A stretch of 64,000 nt of DNA from Torpedo marmorata. Its lineage: Eukaryota. A program made the position numbers and the translations under genes. Under the pieces are notes generated by a model. The model was not told where the DNA came from. It did no database searches and saw only the letters and a list, made by a program, of their open reading frames with translations. The stretch lies in assembly GCA_977017645.1 (NCBI GenBank), contig OZ360253.1:29698001-29762000 (forward strand), in the 5' to 3' direction. Positions 19,583 to 32,391 of the stretch are shown piece by piece (positions within the stretch are counted from its first letter, which is position 1; the number at the start of each line of letters is the position of its first letter).

Positions 19583-19892
19583 AACACAGGATTATAAAGT
19601 CTTCATCTTCCGTACTTTCACACAGAATCTCTCCAGCAAGGATTGCAATGTACATTGATTCCATTTATTGCCAAGATGTTAAAAGGTATACAGTATTTAT
19701 AAAACTGGCTGAAATAAATTAATATGCACATTTGGACAATTCACTCCATTAATGAAAATAGAGAAAAGGCCTGAGATACTGCTTTAGTATATTTGATATA
19801 AATCTACAATTTTACATACAAACATTTCAAAGAAAATATCTTCTGGGGCGAGTTAATACATGGATTACTTCTTGAGAACATTTCTCCATCAA

Positions 19893-21030
19893 AGTAAAAC
19901 ATGAAAGTCTGCAGACACCGTGGTTGAAGTAAAAACACAATGCTGGAGAAACTCAGCAGGTCAAACAGTGTCCTTTATACAGCAAAGATAAAGATACATA
20001 ACCAACGTTTCGGGCTAAAGCCCTTCATCAAGGTATGGAAAAATGTCGGCAGGCATCCGAACAAAAGAGTAGGGGGGGAGGCGTGGTCGCAAAGGCAGGA
20101 GGTGATAGGTGGAGAAGGGAGGGAGGGGACAGCAGCGATCAAGGGGAGGAGGGATAGCTAGGTGAATAGAGGGGGAAGGGGGAGAGAAGAGCTGGAAGGG
20201 GGAAGGGAAGGGGGGAGGGGGAAGTGGGGGGGGAGAGGAGAGCAGGATAGCAGAAGCTGGAAAAGTCCATGTTAATGCCATCTGGCTGGAGAGTGCCCAG
20301 CCGGAAAATCTGGAAGTTCCTCCAATTTGCGGGTGGTTTTGGTGGGATAGTACATAAGGCCATGGACAGACATGTGAGCATGGGAGTGTGACACAGAACT
20401 GAAATGGTTGGCTACTGAGAGGTCTCTGTCACTGTAGCGGACGGATCGAAGGTGCTCAGCGAAGCGATCTCACATTGATTTACCTCATCCGGTGCTCCCT
20501 TTATGGCCTTCTCTACATTGGAGAGACTGAGCGCAGATTGGGAGATCGCTTCGCTGAGCACCTTTGCTCCGTCCGCACCAGTGACAGAGACCTCCCAGTA
20601 GCCAACCATTTCAGTTCTGCATCCCACTCCCATACTCACATGTCTGTCCATGGCCTCATGTACTATCCCACCAAGACCACCCGCAAATTGGAGGAACAAC
20701 AACTGATTTTCCGTCTGGGCACTCTCCAGCCAGATGACATTAACATGGACCTTTCCGGTTTCTGCTAACCTGCTCTCCTCTCCCCCACTTCCCTTCCCCC
20801 TTCCAGTTCTCCTTCCCCCTCCTTCTCATTCACCCAGCCATCCCTCCTCCCCTTGCTTGCTGCTGTCCCATCCCTCCCTTCTCCACCTATTACCTTCTTC
20901 CTTTGCGACCACGCCTCCCCCCGCTACTCTTTTGTTCGGACGCCTGCCGACATTTTTCCATACCTTGATGAAGGGCTCAAGCTCTATAAAGGACACTGTT
21001 TGACCTGCTGAGTTTCTCCAGCATTGTGTT
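19893..21030. mobile_element. Penelope-like element: inverted pair of 3' ends with GIY-YIG endonuclease C-terminus
   Basis: ORF 20475-20768 IYLIRC...LLYIGETERRLGDRFAEH...PVANHF...LEEQQLIFRLGTLQP. Bases 19893-20475 are the reverse complement of the same region. Confidence 0.88.
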
Positions 21031-21617
21031 TCTGCACTTCCTGAGAAGACTGAAGCGGGCAAGGCTACCGGCCACCATTATGTCAACCTTCCATAGGAGC
21101 TCTATCAAGAGCGTCCTGGCTGGCTATATCACAGTGTGGTACAGTTGCTGCAGAGAAATGGATCGGAGGTCAATCCACAGGACCATAAGAGCGGCAGAGA
21201 GGATCACTGGAGTCTCCCTCCCCCCATCGATGTGATCTACCTGGATCGTTGACTGAAGAGGGCGCGCAAAATCACTGAGGACCCCTTCCACCCTGCACAC
21301 AGCATCTTCCAGCTGCTCCCATCGGGAAAGAGATACAGGAGTATCAGAGCCAGTACCACCAGGCTGAGGAACAGCTTCTTCCCATGGGCAGTGAGAATGC
21401 TGAACGACCAAAGGAATTGCTCATACTAACCATCCGAGACTCTTATATTCACGAAACAATATATATTTATTGGTATAGATGAATACTTGTCCTGCATGTG
21501 TATTATTTGTGTTATGTCTGGTTGTGTGTCTGCGTATTTTGCACCGAGGACCGGAGAACGCTGTTTCGTCGGGTTGTACTTGTACAATCAGATGGCAATA
21601 AACTTGACTTGACTTTC
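21031..21617 (+). mobile_element. Rex/Babar-type LINE 3' fragment
   Basis: LHFLRRLKRARL...ITVWY...HPAHSIFQLLPSGKRYRSIRASTTRLRNSFFP and tail AATAAA(CTTGA)n. Similar fragments at about 22215-22610, 25930-26465, 29490-30600, 31310-31555, 40590-41097 and 46697-46960. Confidence 0.82.
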
Positions 21618-23254
21618 CACTTGCCCAGCTCCTGATCTTCACAGCTCCTGATCCAATTCTCATCGCTGTTTCTCCAGCGACACCAATGCCTCAACCTTCC
21701 TGGTCTGTCACCTCCACCTTTACGTGTCCCTCCACTCCTTGTCTCTTTCTGCTTTACTCTCTCCTCCTTTACTTCTTAAAACCTTTCATGTTTTCCCAGC
21801 ACTTTGTGGTCACATGCCCTGAATCTCTTAATTGGGTACTTGGTCAAATGTTGATTGATAATGTTCCTGTGATGCACTTGAGGACGTGCCACAACGTTAA
21901 GTCGCCCTATGAATGAAAACTATTGTATTTTGTGGTGTTGGGAAATGGGCCAATGGTGAAAGAATATCCAGAGAGTGACCTGGTATCGAGCTGCCTTGAC
22001 ATTTTGTGTCGCGTCCATTTTTATGTTTGATTAATGATGTTGATGCAAGAGAATCGTCGATGGGTGTCAATGGATGATATTTCTGCTGCATCTTGTTGGA
22101 GATGATCACTGCCTGGCACATGTGAAGCTAATAAACTGACATATTGATGCGTGCAGTCATTGGATGCTTCTCGGCTCGAGGACTGCAATGAAATTGAACA
22201 TGATTCAATTAATGCTGGGGGTTTCCCTCCCGCCCCATCAATGGGATTTACCGGGATCGTTGTCCAAAGAGGGCTCGCAAAATCAGTGAGGACCCCTACC
22301 ACCCTGCACGCAGCATCTTCCAGCTACTCCCGTCGGGAAAGAGATACAGGAGTATCAGAGTCAGAAACACCAGGCTGAGAAACAGCTTCTTCCCACGGGT
22401 AGTGAGACTGCTGAACGACTGATGAACTGCTCATACAAACCCTCCGAGACTTTACGATGTATTAAAAATTAATTTATATATACGTACTGTGCATATGTAT
22501 CGTTTGTCTGTATGTGTGTTTGCAGTGTGTTGCACCGAGAACCGGAGAATGCTTTTCATCGAGTTGTACTAATACAATTGGTTGGTCAATAAACTTGACT
22601 TGAACTTGAACGGCTCCGGTCTCCTCATAATGGAGGCTAGGTCCTTGATGGAACAGATGAAGACAGTTGGACCTGGCTCTGTGGAAACCGGCCCCCCCCC
22701 CAACCCCCACCCCCCATCTGCTCATTTGTCTGACCTTTAACGAACTTGGAGATCTCGGTATCATTGGAAATGTTCATTCCTCCAACTGTGCAAAGTCACC
22801 TTTGTATTGTGCTCGGATAACTGAATATTTATTATCTATCTTTTGTATGTATTGTTTCTTTTCAATTCAACCAAGTATACTACCTGTATTGTAGTTGTTT
22901 TTTTTATTGGTTTTGAAGTTGCTTTTTCTTGTAAAGTACTTGTTCAGCTGTAGCAAGGAAGAATTTTGGCACATATGAACATTGTATCAGCTCGTTATCA
23001 TTATCAAAAATTGGCCATTGGCTTTGAATTCAAATAAAATGACTTTCATTTACATAGCACCCTTTATGCTCCACATGCATCTTACAACTAATCGAGCACC
23101 TTTTAAGATTGGCCATTAGTACAGTAGAAAAATTCCAGCAGCTAACTGCATCCACTCAGATTCTGGCTCATAAATTCTGTATTTTTAAAGCTACATGTCT
23201 GAAAATTGATTTTTTAAAAAAGAAAGTGGTTTGTGACTGCAACCAGTTCCGTTT

Positions 23255-23503
23255 TAATTTAATTTGGATATACAGCACGGTAACAGGCCCTTTCGGCCCA
23301 CGAGCCCGTGCCACCCAATTACACCCAATTGACCTACAACCCCCCGTACGTTTCGAACGGTGGGATGAAACCGGAGCACCCGGAGGAAAACCACGCAGAC
23401 ACGGGGAGAACGTAGAAACTCCTTACAGACAGCGCCGGATTTGAACCCCGGTCGCTGGCGCTGTAAGAAGTTGTGCTAACTGCTACGTTAACCATGCCGC
23501 CCC
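23255..23503 (-). mobile_element. HE1-like V-SINE
   Basis: Full-length reverse-complement copy. Confidence 0.88.
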
Positions 23504-23611
23504 AAATTTTGTTTTAATTTAACAGTGCACTTTTATTTACGGTTGTGGATCTGCTGTGACTCCAGAGAGGTCACATTGTCCTTGGAGCACACGATGGTGG
23601 CTGTATCCATG

Positions 23612-23978
23612 ATTTGATAGAGGTATTTAAAATTATGAAGGGGAAAGATAGAGTTAATGTGGACAGGCTTTTTCCATTGAGAGTGGGGAAGATTCAAACA
23701 AGAGGGCATGGATTGAGATTGAAGGGGGAAAAGTTTAGAGGAAACATGAGGGGGAATTTCTTCACTCAGAGGGTGGTAGGAGGGTGGAACGAGCTTCCGG
23801 CCGAAGTGGTAGATGCAGGTTCAATTTTAATGTTTAAGGAAAAGTTGGATAGGTATATGGACGAGAGAGGTGTGGAGGGTTATGGCAGGTCAATGGGACT
23901 AGGTGGGAGAATGTGTTCGGCATGGACTCGAAGGGCCGAACTGGCCTGTTTCTGTGCTGTAAATGTTATATGGTTATA
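23612..23978 (+). mobile_element. CR1 LINE 3' fragment, nearly identical to 5268-5632
   Basis: DLIEVFKIMKG...FFTQRVVGGWNELP and the same 3' tail. Confidence 0.9.
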
Positions 23979-24496
23979 ACTAGACGTCAATGTAGATACT
24001 CCAAGCGCAACCTCACTTTGGTAAGACCTACTGCCCACCTCCTCGCTCTTCATTACCCTCATTCTCCAACCCAGAGATCCCCTCATCAGCCCGAGTCTGA
24101 TTAAGGCTTTAATCTACACCAGCTCAGATCCTGGTCTAATCTTCTCTTAGATCCACCAATCCCAAAAAGAGGGGCCAATGACTGACCATGCATCCTTTCC
24201 TTCTTGAGGCCCGTCACTGCTCCCAACTTCTGGCCCAGATATAGTATTCACAGCCACAGGAATATGCAGGGTATGTGTATCACCCCGCTCACACCTTTCC
24301 TCACTGCTACCTTTGGGTAGAAGTTACAGAGGCCTGAACACCAGCACCTGACCAAGGTTTCTCTCCAAAGGCTCATTGTGACCACTCCAGGTATCAACGC
24401 CATCCACACTTAATAGAACATAGAAATCTGCAGCACAACTCAGGCCCTTTGGCCCACAATGTTGTGCTGACCCAATAACCTCGTCTGACAGCTGCC

Positions 24497-24745
24497 GGGG
24501 CAGCACGGTTAGCGCTACGCTGTTACAGCGCCAGTGACCGTAGTTCGAATCCGACGCTGTCTGTAAGGAGTGTGTGCCTTCTCCCCGTGTCTACGTGGGT
24601 TTCCTCCGGGCGCTCCGGTTTCCTCCACTATTCAAAAACGTACCGGGGTTGTAGGTCAATTGAGTATATTTGGGCAGCACAGGCTCATTTGTCGAAAGGG
24701 CCTTTTATCGTGTTGTATGTCTAAAGTTTAAAAAAAATTAAAATA
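24497..24745 (+). mobile_element. HE1-like V-SINE inside a minus-strand CR1 tail
   Basis: Head, V-domain and tail layout. Confidence 0.85.
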
Positions 24746-24839
24746 ACCCTCCATTTTCCTCAATTCCATGAACCCATCTAATAGTCTCTATTGTGTATCT
24801 GTCTCCAACACCGTTGTCAGCAGCACATTCCATGCACCC

Positions 24840-25404
24840 CAGGGTCGGCGCCAGAACGAGTGTTAGAGGGGGGCATTAGGGTAACCGGGGGGGGCACAGT
24901 CCGACAGTTGTAAACTCGCTCAGCGGCGGGGGGTTGCTGGTGGACTACCTTTGGAATGGATGTAAACCTCCTCCGTCCCCTCCGACGGTAGCAGCCGAAA
25001 GCGCTGCTTTTATTGCGTCGAGAGTCACTAGCGTGCGCTAGTGACGCTTGACGCACGCTAGGGGCGGGGGCGGGTGGAGAGTCACTAGCGTGCGTCAAGC
25101 ATCATGAGCGTCTAGCATCATTAGCGTCTAGCTGAGTGAAGAAATTCCCCCCTCATGTTTCCTCTAAACTTTTCCCCCTTCAATCTCAATCCATGCCCTC
25201 TTGTTTGAATCTAATGATGCTTGACGCACGCTAGGGGCGGGGGCGGGTGGAGAGTCACTAGCGTGCGTCAAGCTAGACGCTAATGATGCTTGACGCACGC
25301 TAGTGACGCGGGCAGGGGTGGGGGGGGGTGGGTCTGACAGCGAGCAATGGGGGGGCACAGCACCTCGTTTTGGGGGGCAATGCCCCACCTTCGCACCGAC
25401 CCTG
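24840..25404. mobile_element. hAT-type non-autonomous element with an 8-bp TSD
   Basis: TIRs CAGGGTCGGCGC / GCACCGACCCTG; TSD ATGCACCC at 24832-24839 and 25405-25412; internal repeats of TGACGCACGCTAG. Confidence 0.85.
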
Positions 25405-26030
25405 ATGCACCCACCACTCTCTGTGTGAAAAATCTACCTCTTACATTCCCCCCGTACTTACTCCCTGGCACCTTAAAACTATGCCCCCTCGTGTTAGCCA
25501 TTTCATCCCTGGGGATAAGAAAACAACCTCTGGTCATCCATTTTCTCATTGTCTTTTACACCTCTATCGGGTCACCCCTCATCTCTGTCACTCCTACGCT
25601 AATCTTATTTTATTCTCGCCACATTCCATCAACTTCCCCAGGTTCTCCCACTCACCTGCATACGAGAAGCAAGTTACATTAACCAATTCACCCACCGACC
25701 CACACGTCCTTGAGATGAGGGAGGAAACCAGAGCACCCGGAGGAAACCCGTGCAGTCACAGGGAGAATGTGCGCACTCCCCACAGACAGCGGCTGAGGTC
25801 AGGATCGAACTTGAGTCACAGAGGTTTGAGGCAGCAGCTTGACACTCCGTGCCACCGTGTTTCTGTTTGCAAAATGATCATACCGGTGCGGGATCTACAC
25901 AGCTATATTAGTAATTTATTTATTATTGCCCTCTTCACTCTGCTACCATCGGGAAAAAGGTACAGGAGCCTAAAGACGAGCACTCATCGGCACAAGGGCA
26001 GCTTCTTCCCCGCTGCCATCAGATTCAGAT

Positions 26031-26292
26031 AGGGCGGCACGGTTGGCGTAGCGGTTGGCACAACGCCTTTACAGCGCCAGCGATCGGGACCGGGGTTCAA
26101 ATCCCGCGCTGTCTGTAAGGAGTTTGTACGTTCTCCCCGTGTCTGTGTGGGTTTTCCCCGGGGGCTCCGGTTTCCTCCCACCGTTCGAAACGTACCGCGG
26201 GTGTAGGTTAATGGGGTGTAAATTGGGCGGCACGGAGTCGTGGGCCGAAATGGCCTGTTACAGTGCTGTATGTCTGAATTTAAAATTTTAAT
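26031..26292 (+). mobile_element. HE1-like V-SINE
   Basis: Full-length copy. Further copies at about 26778-26975, 29657-29900, 37525-37790, 45335-45555, 47975-48130 (-), 48825-49005, 52870-53122 (-) and 57810-57975. Confidence 0.88.
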
Positions 26293-27124
26293 TCAAATTC
26301 CTGAATGATCAATGGATCAAGGACACTGCCTTACTTTGACTTTTTGTGCACTACTTTTATTTATTTTTGTAAGGTGGTTTACATGAATATTTGCACTATG
26401 ATGCTACCGCAAAACAACGACTTGCTCATGACAATAATTTCTGATTCTGGTCCTGATTCTGATAGTATGAAATTTAAGTTGCTTTCACATTCGGAAATCA
26501 CACCTGTCAGGACACACAGCAACTTCCAGGTCACTTGAGTTGATAGAGGGATTACCATCAGCCAAGACTACAGAGAGATTCTCTTCCTCTTCTTCAGAAT
26601 TATAACATGCACACACTTAGACCATAAGACACAGGAGCGGAATTAGGTCATTCAGCCCATCGAGTCTGCCCTGCCTTTCCATCATGGCTGATTTACTATC
26701 CTTTTCAACCCCATTCCTTCTCCCAGTAACCCTTGATTCCCTTCCTAATCAAGAACCTATCTGCCTCTATCTTAAAGGTCAGCGTAGCGGTTAGCGCAAC
26801 GGTGATACAGCGCCAGCGACCTAGGTTCAAATCCCGCGCTGTCTGTCTGGAGTTTGTACGTTCTCCCCGTGTCTGCGTGGGTTTCCTCCGGGCGCTCCGG
26901 TTTCCTCCCACCCTTCAAAACGTACGGGGGATTGCAGGTTAATTGGGAGTAACTGGGCAGCATGGCTCACGGGCCAAAATATATCCAATGACTTGGCCTC
27001 CACAGCCGACCCCGGCAACTAATTCCACAAATTCACCACCCCCTGGGGAGTGAAATTCCTCCTCATCTCTGTTCTACAGGGACTGAGAGAACACCTTTAA
27101 GAGCACAGCACACCCAACATCCAA

Positions 27125-27620
27125 CATATAGGAAGGATGTGGAAGCTATGAAGAAGGTGCAGAGGAGATTTACCAGGATGTTGCCTGGATTGGAAAACAA
27201 GCCTTATGAGGCAAGGTTAGTAGAGCTCGGGCTTTTCTCTCTGGAGCGAAGAAGGTTGAGAGGAGACTTTGTTAAGTCTATAAGATCCTGAGAGTCATAG
27301 TGGACAGACAGCGCCTTTTTCCCAGGGCAGGATCAGCAAACACCAGGGGACATCTGTACAAAGTGAAGGGAGGAAAGTTTAGGGGAGATATCAGGGGTAC
27401 GTTTTTTACACAGAGAGTTGTGGGTGCCTGGAATGCCTTGCCAGGGGTGGTGGTGGAGGCTGGAACATTAGGGGCATTTAAGAGAGTCTTAGACAGGCAC
27501 ATGGATGAAAGAAAAGCAGAGGGTTACGGGGTAGGGAGGGTTTAGTATTATTTTGGTAGGAATATATGGGTCGGCACAACATCGAGGGCCGAAGGGCCTG
27601 TACTGTGCTGAAATGTTTCA
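27125..27620 (+). mobile_element. CR1 LINE 3' fragment
   Basis: KVQRRFTRMLPGL...TRGHLYKV...FFTQRVVGAWNALP with a CR1 tail. Confidence 0.85.
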
Positions 27621-27729
27621 TTGCAGCACTCCTGAAAGAATGAGACCTGCTAACTCTGGCTGGAAGCTGGATCCTGGGCTCAGGTTGAACAAAAGCGCAG
27701 GTGAATACAGCGTCAGCAAAAGAAAATCT

Positions 27730-27735
27730 TTTAAT
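27730..27735 (-). promoter_or_regulatory. Candidate SORD polyadenylation signal (ATTAAA)
   Basis: An ATTAAA hexamer lies about 130 nt downstream of the SORD stop, before the next LINE fragment. No transcript evidence. Confidence 0.3.
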
Positions 27736-27866
27736 TATGCTTGACAGAGAGTTAACTGTACACTCTGTTGGGGGAGGAAGACGTTCCATCGCTGGTACGT
27801 CGCTTGAGCGTCTGAGGTTTATCTTGACGAGTCAAGTTGGCCAAGCTCACGTACCTACAGATCAGG

Positions 27867-28020
27867 TCAAACCTGGTCACATTTTAGCATCACTTTAATC
27901 CCCAGCTGTTTCCTTGTTGTTTCGAATGCCTCAATGGCCCGGCTAAGTGGGAAACGGTGTGTGATTAGAGGCTTCACATCCACCTTCTTCGAAGTCAGCA
28001 TAGCAATTGCCATCGGATAC
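27867..28020 (-). CDS. SORD: Sorbitol dehydrogenase last coding exon (exon 9 equivalent)
   Basis: catcag|G TAT CCG ATG...; translates [50 protein letters not shown] and is in phase with the preceding exon. Confidence 0.95.
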
Positions 28021-28249
28021 CTGATGTAGAGATGTAAAGAGAATGTTTGCATTTGGTCGAGAACCTAATTCAACGGAACTTAAAAAGCACATCAACAACA
28101 TAGCCCCTTTAATATAGTGATAGAAATCCTGAACTCACCTCACCAAAGTGTCATCAAACAAAATTGGACACTGAGCGATGCGAAGGAACAGCTCAGGCAG
28201 AGACACTTGTAAGGTGTGGAGTGAAGGAGGAGAGAGAGTTAGTGAGAGA

Positions 28250-29195
28250 GAGTGTCAGGGAGGAGAGAGGGATAGGGGGGAAGAGGGATGGGGGGAGAGA
28301 GGGAGAGGGATGGGGGAGAGAGGGAGGAGAGAGGGATAGGGAGGAGAGAGGGATACGGAGAGGGAGAGGGAGAGAGGAAGGAGAGAGGGAGGAGAGAGGG
28401 AGAGGGGGAGGGGAGAAGGAGGAGAGAGGGATAGGGAGGAGAGAGGGATAGGGAGGAGAGAGGGAGGAGAGAGGGAGGGGAGAGGGGGATAGGGAGTGAG
28501 GGATAGGGAGGAGAGAGGGAGGGGAGAGTGAGATAGGGAGGAGAGAGGGAGGGGAGAGGGAGGAGAGAGGGAGGAGGGGAGAGGGAGGGAAGTGGGAGGA
28601 GAGAGGGAGGGGAGAGGGAGGAGAGAGGGATAGGGAGGAAAGGGGAAGAGAGAGGGAGGAGAGAGGGATAGGGAGGAGAGAGGGAGGTGAGAGGGAGGAG
28701 AGAGGGATAGGGAGGAGAGGGGAGGAGAGAAGGAGGAGAGAGGGATAGGGAGGAGAGGGGAGGAGAGAAGGAGGAGAGAGGGATAGGGAGGAGAGAGGGA
28801 GGCAAGAGGGATAGGGAGGAGAGAGGGAGGGGAGAGGGAGGAGAGAGGGATAGGGAGGAGAGGGGAGGAGAGAGGGAGGCAAGAGGGAGGAGAGAGGGAG
28901 GGGAGAGGGAGGAGAGAGGGATAGGGAGGAGAGAGGGAGGGGAGNNNNNNNNNNNNNNNNNNNNNNNNNNNNNNNNNNNNNNNNNNNNNNNNNNNNNNNN
29001 NNNNNNNNNNNNNNNNNNNNNNNNNNNNNNNNNNNNNNNNNNNNNNNNNNNNNNNNNNNNNNNNNNNNNNNNNNNNNNNNNNNNNNNNNNNNNNNNNNNN
29101 NNNNNNNNNNNNNNNNNNNNNNNNNNNNNGGGAGGCGAGAGGGATAGGGAGGAGAGAGGGAGGAGAGAGGGATAGGGAGGAGGGAGGATTAGGGT
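28250..29195. repeat. Polypurine (GGAGAGAGGGA-like) low-complexity tract spanning an N gap (28945-29129)
   Basis: Almost pure G/A on the plus strand, with recurring AGGGAGGAGAGAGGGAT units. Confidence 0.95.
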
Positions 29196-30631
29196 GGAGA
29201 GAGAAGATTCATGGATGGATGGTGCTGGAGGCATGGTTGCCAATGGTGGAGCGATTAACATTGGGGAGACCAGAACTGGACAGGTAACAAGATGTGGGAG
29301 GTGTTCCGAGCCACAGTGGGTCAGAGAGAGGGAGGGAGGGGATCAAGGACATGGAGAGATTGGAAGACCACAATGAGAATGTTAAAGTAGAGCGAAGGTT
29401 TGACCAGGACGCAGCGTATGTCAGAGATTACAGGGAGAACGCGTGAACCGGGCCTAGAAGCAGAGTTTTAGATAAACCGAGGTTTATGTCAATTACAACC
29501 TTCCTCTCAACGTCGGCAAGACCCAAGGCTTATGGTGGACCTCAGGAAGGGGCACCTGAGGGACCATGCACCTGTCTTCATTGATGGGACGGTGGTAGAG
29601 AGAGTTAGTTCCTTCAAGTTCCTGGGAATCCACATATCAGACGACTTCCCTTGGAAGGGGCGGCACGGTTGGCGTAGTGGTTAGCGCAACGCCGTTACAG
29701 CGCCAACGATTGGGACCTGGGTTCGAATCCCGTGCTGTCTGTAAGGAGTTGATACGTTCTCCCTGTGTCTGCATGGGTTTTCCCCGGGGGCTCCGGTTTC
29801 CTCCCACCATTCGAAACATTCCGGGGGTTGTAGGTTAATTGGGTGTAGTTCGTGGGCTGGAAGGGCCTGTTACCGTGCTGAATGTCTAAATTTAAAACAT
29901 TTAAACCAGCTCATCAAAACAACCATCAAGCAGGCACAACAATGCCTTTCTAAGAAGTCTGGGGTAATTTGGCATGACATCAAACCTCTATAGGTGTACT
30001 GTGGAGTGCACACTGCCCGGAAAAGAATCTCAGGTTTATATGTGATGTCATGTATTTTCTCCGACAATAAATTTGAACTTTGGTTGCAGCACATGCTGGT
30101 TTGATAACTTGAGTGGCCAGGAACGCAGAAAGTAGCAAACCTAGCCAAGTCCATCATGGGCTCTGTCCTCCCATTCACATGAAGCAGTCAACATCATAAA
30201 GGACCCCCATCACCCCGGTCACAACCTCTTCTCACTGCTACCTTCAGGCAGATGGTACAGAAGCCTGATGTTCAGCACCTCCAGGTTCAATGACCGTTTT
30301 TTTTTCCCCAACAGCTACCAAGCTCCTTATCCTTCCCGTACTACCCTAACCCTGTCCATAAACTATTCTGGGACCATCAAAAGATCTGTCTGCACTAATA
30401 AAACAACATTTTTTTGCCTTAACTACGACTGTGAATATATATCTATCAATTATTTTCTATGTATTCTCTGACTCATTGCATATTGAGGTAATTTAATGTA
30501 TACTGTACTGTTGTTGATGGTGCAGGCGTACATACCTGTGTAGATGCAGTACATAGGAATTTCAGTGCACCTGAGCATTGTACTTATGCATATGACAATA
30601 TACGCTCTTGTTCATTACTTAAAAGCAATAA

Positions 30632-31667
30632 CACTGGACAACAATTTTTTCAAAAGGTTTGCTTCCTGAAAAAAAAATGGGGATTACGATAGACAACTTC
30701 TAGCTGAACACAAAGATAATTTCAGATTTGCTGTATCATGTAGGAAGTTGGAGAAACATTAAATTAACTTCTATTGAATTTAGCATATTTAATTGCATAT
30801 TGTACCTCTGAGCCATGCTCTCAGGTTGACTACACATGTTGTGCAACAAACGTGAGGAGCCCAGGGTTTGACTTGGTCACTAATTTTACAACTGAAGTAG
30901 CGCTCATAGGCTTTCTTAATAAGTGCAGTCATGCTGCGTCTTTGAGCCTTAAGCGTATACTCACCGCAAATGTAACAGAATGTATCGCAGCTGTTGCGAT
31001 ATTGACGAGACATTTCTGCTGTATTGAATCTTCCTGAAGACAATAAATCCTATTGTTAAGTACACTCACTATGCTATTGCCTGAAGAACATGTGCATCAA
31101 CATGCGTTCAATGTAATGCACAGCATCTGTACATGTGAGCTGCTTTTACAGCCTGTCTGCATCTATCCTGACTAAACATGCCCAGGCCTAAGACAACATT
31201 TGCATAGCATCTGCACTGAGTGCATGCCCAGGCATACTTGGACTGACCAAAACAGCTTGCTTTGTGGGCAATATACCAGTAGACTTAAAATACGACAGGA
31301 AATCACAAAAAGGTACAGGAGCCTAAAGACGAGCACTCAACGGCACAAGGTCAGCTTCTTCCCCGCTGCCATCAGATTCCTGAACAATCAATGAACCAAA
31401 GACACTAGTGCACTATTGTTTATAATTTTATATAGTAATGTCGTTAGAATGGTTAATATGAATGTTAATTGCACTATGATGCTGCCGCAAAGCACCGAAT
31501 TTCATGACTTGTTCATGACAATAAATTCTGATTCTGATTCTGATTCTGATTCTGAGGTTATATCCAAAAACAGTATGTGATAGGAAAATTCTAAGGCGAT
31601 TTTTGTGAACGAAACCTATAAAATACCCCTAAAGCTGTTCAGGAAGCAAAATCTTCATTTTCCAGTG
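30632..31667 (-). mobile_element. Chapaev3-like (CMC) DNA transposon internal-deletion derivative
   Basis: Termini CACTGGA...TCCAGTG with 3-bp TAA TSD. Transposase N-terminus MSRQYRNSCDTFCYICGEYTLKAQRRSMTALIKKAYERYFSCKISDQVKPWAPHVCCTTC at 30789-31013. Confidence 0.75.
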
Positions 31668-32391
31668 TAATCGGAAATAGTGCTAGTGCACCTTTTGGCT
31701 GATCAAACTGACCGATGAAAGGGTTAAAAGTTTCTTCATTGGGAATTCAATAGACTGCCTCGTTTGGCTGTTGATGAGAAATTATTGAGAGGTGACCGCC
31801 ATTTGTAGAGGCCAAGGTCACAGAACATTGCACAGCGATTGCTTTCTATCTCCTGCTGCTACTGTATTGTTGTGGATGTTATTCTATTTATAAATTTGAA
31901 TATAACAAATTAAACAATTGTATAAAATTACGTAAAGATCTGTGGTGTATTTTATACTTAGTCATTTTTCAAGATCTGGGCGTTGGTGTCAAAGGCAGTA
32001 TTTATTGCCCGGACAATTTCTCTTGCGAAGGTGGGGGTGAGCCATCTTCGAGACCCACTGCTGACCTTAGGGTGAAAGTTCCCACCACAGAGCCGTCAGG
32101 TAGGGAATTCCAGGATGAGACCCAGCTACGACCAGCAATGTATCTCCAAGCCAAATGGTGATTTAGAACCTGAAGGTGACAGTCATAGAATCCTACAGGT
32201 AGAAACAGGCTATTCAGCCCAGTGTCGACGCCAGCTATTAAATACCTGTCCATACTGACCCCATCCCTCCTCAGCCATGGTGTTTTTGTGGCCTATTTGA
32301 ATACAGGTGTTTAAGATGATCAGAATCAGAATCAGAATTTATTGTCATGAACAAGTCATGAAATTCGATGAGAGGCATTGATCTTGTAGAT

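Noticed and set aside
26031-26115. tRNA-like sequence with A and B boxes (and equivalents in other copies)
   Set aside because: These are SINE heads followed by the V-domain and LINE-derived tail, not standalone tRNA genes.
28164-29261. Pro/Ser/Leu-rich and Gly/Glu/Arg-rich ORFs
   Set aside because: Translations of a low-complexity purine tract, one of them running through an N gap.
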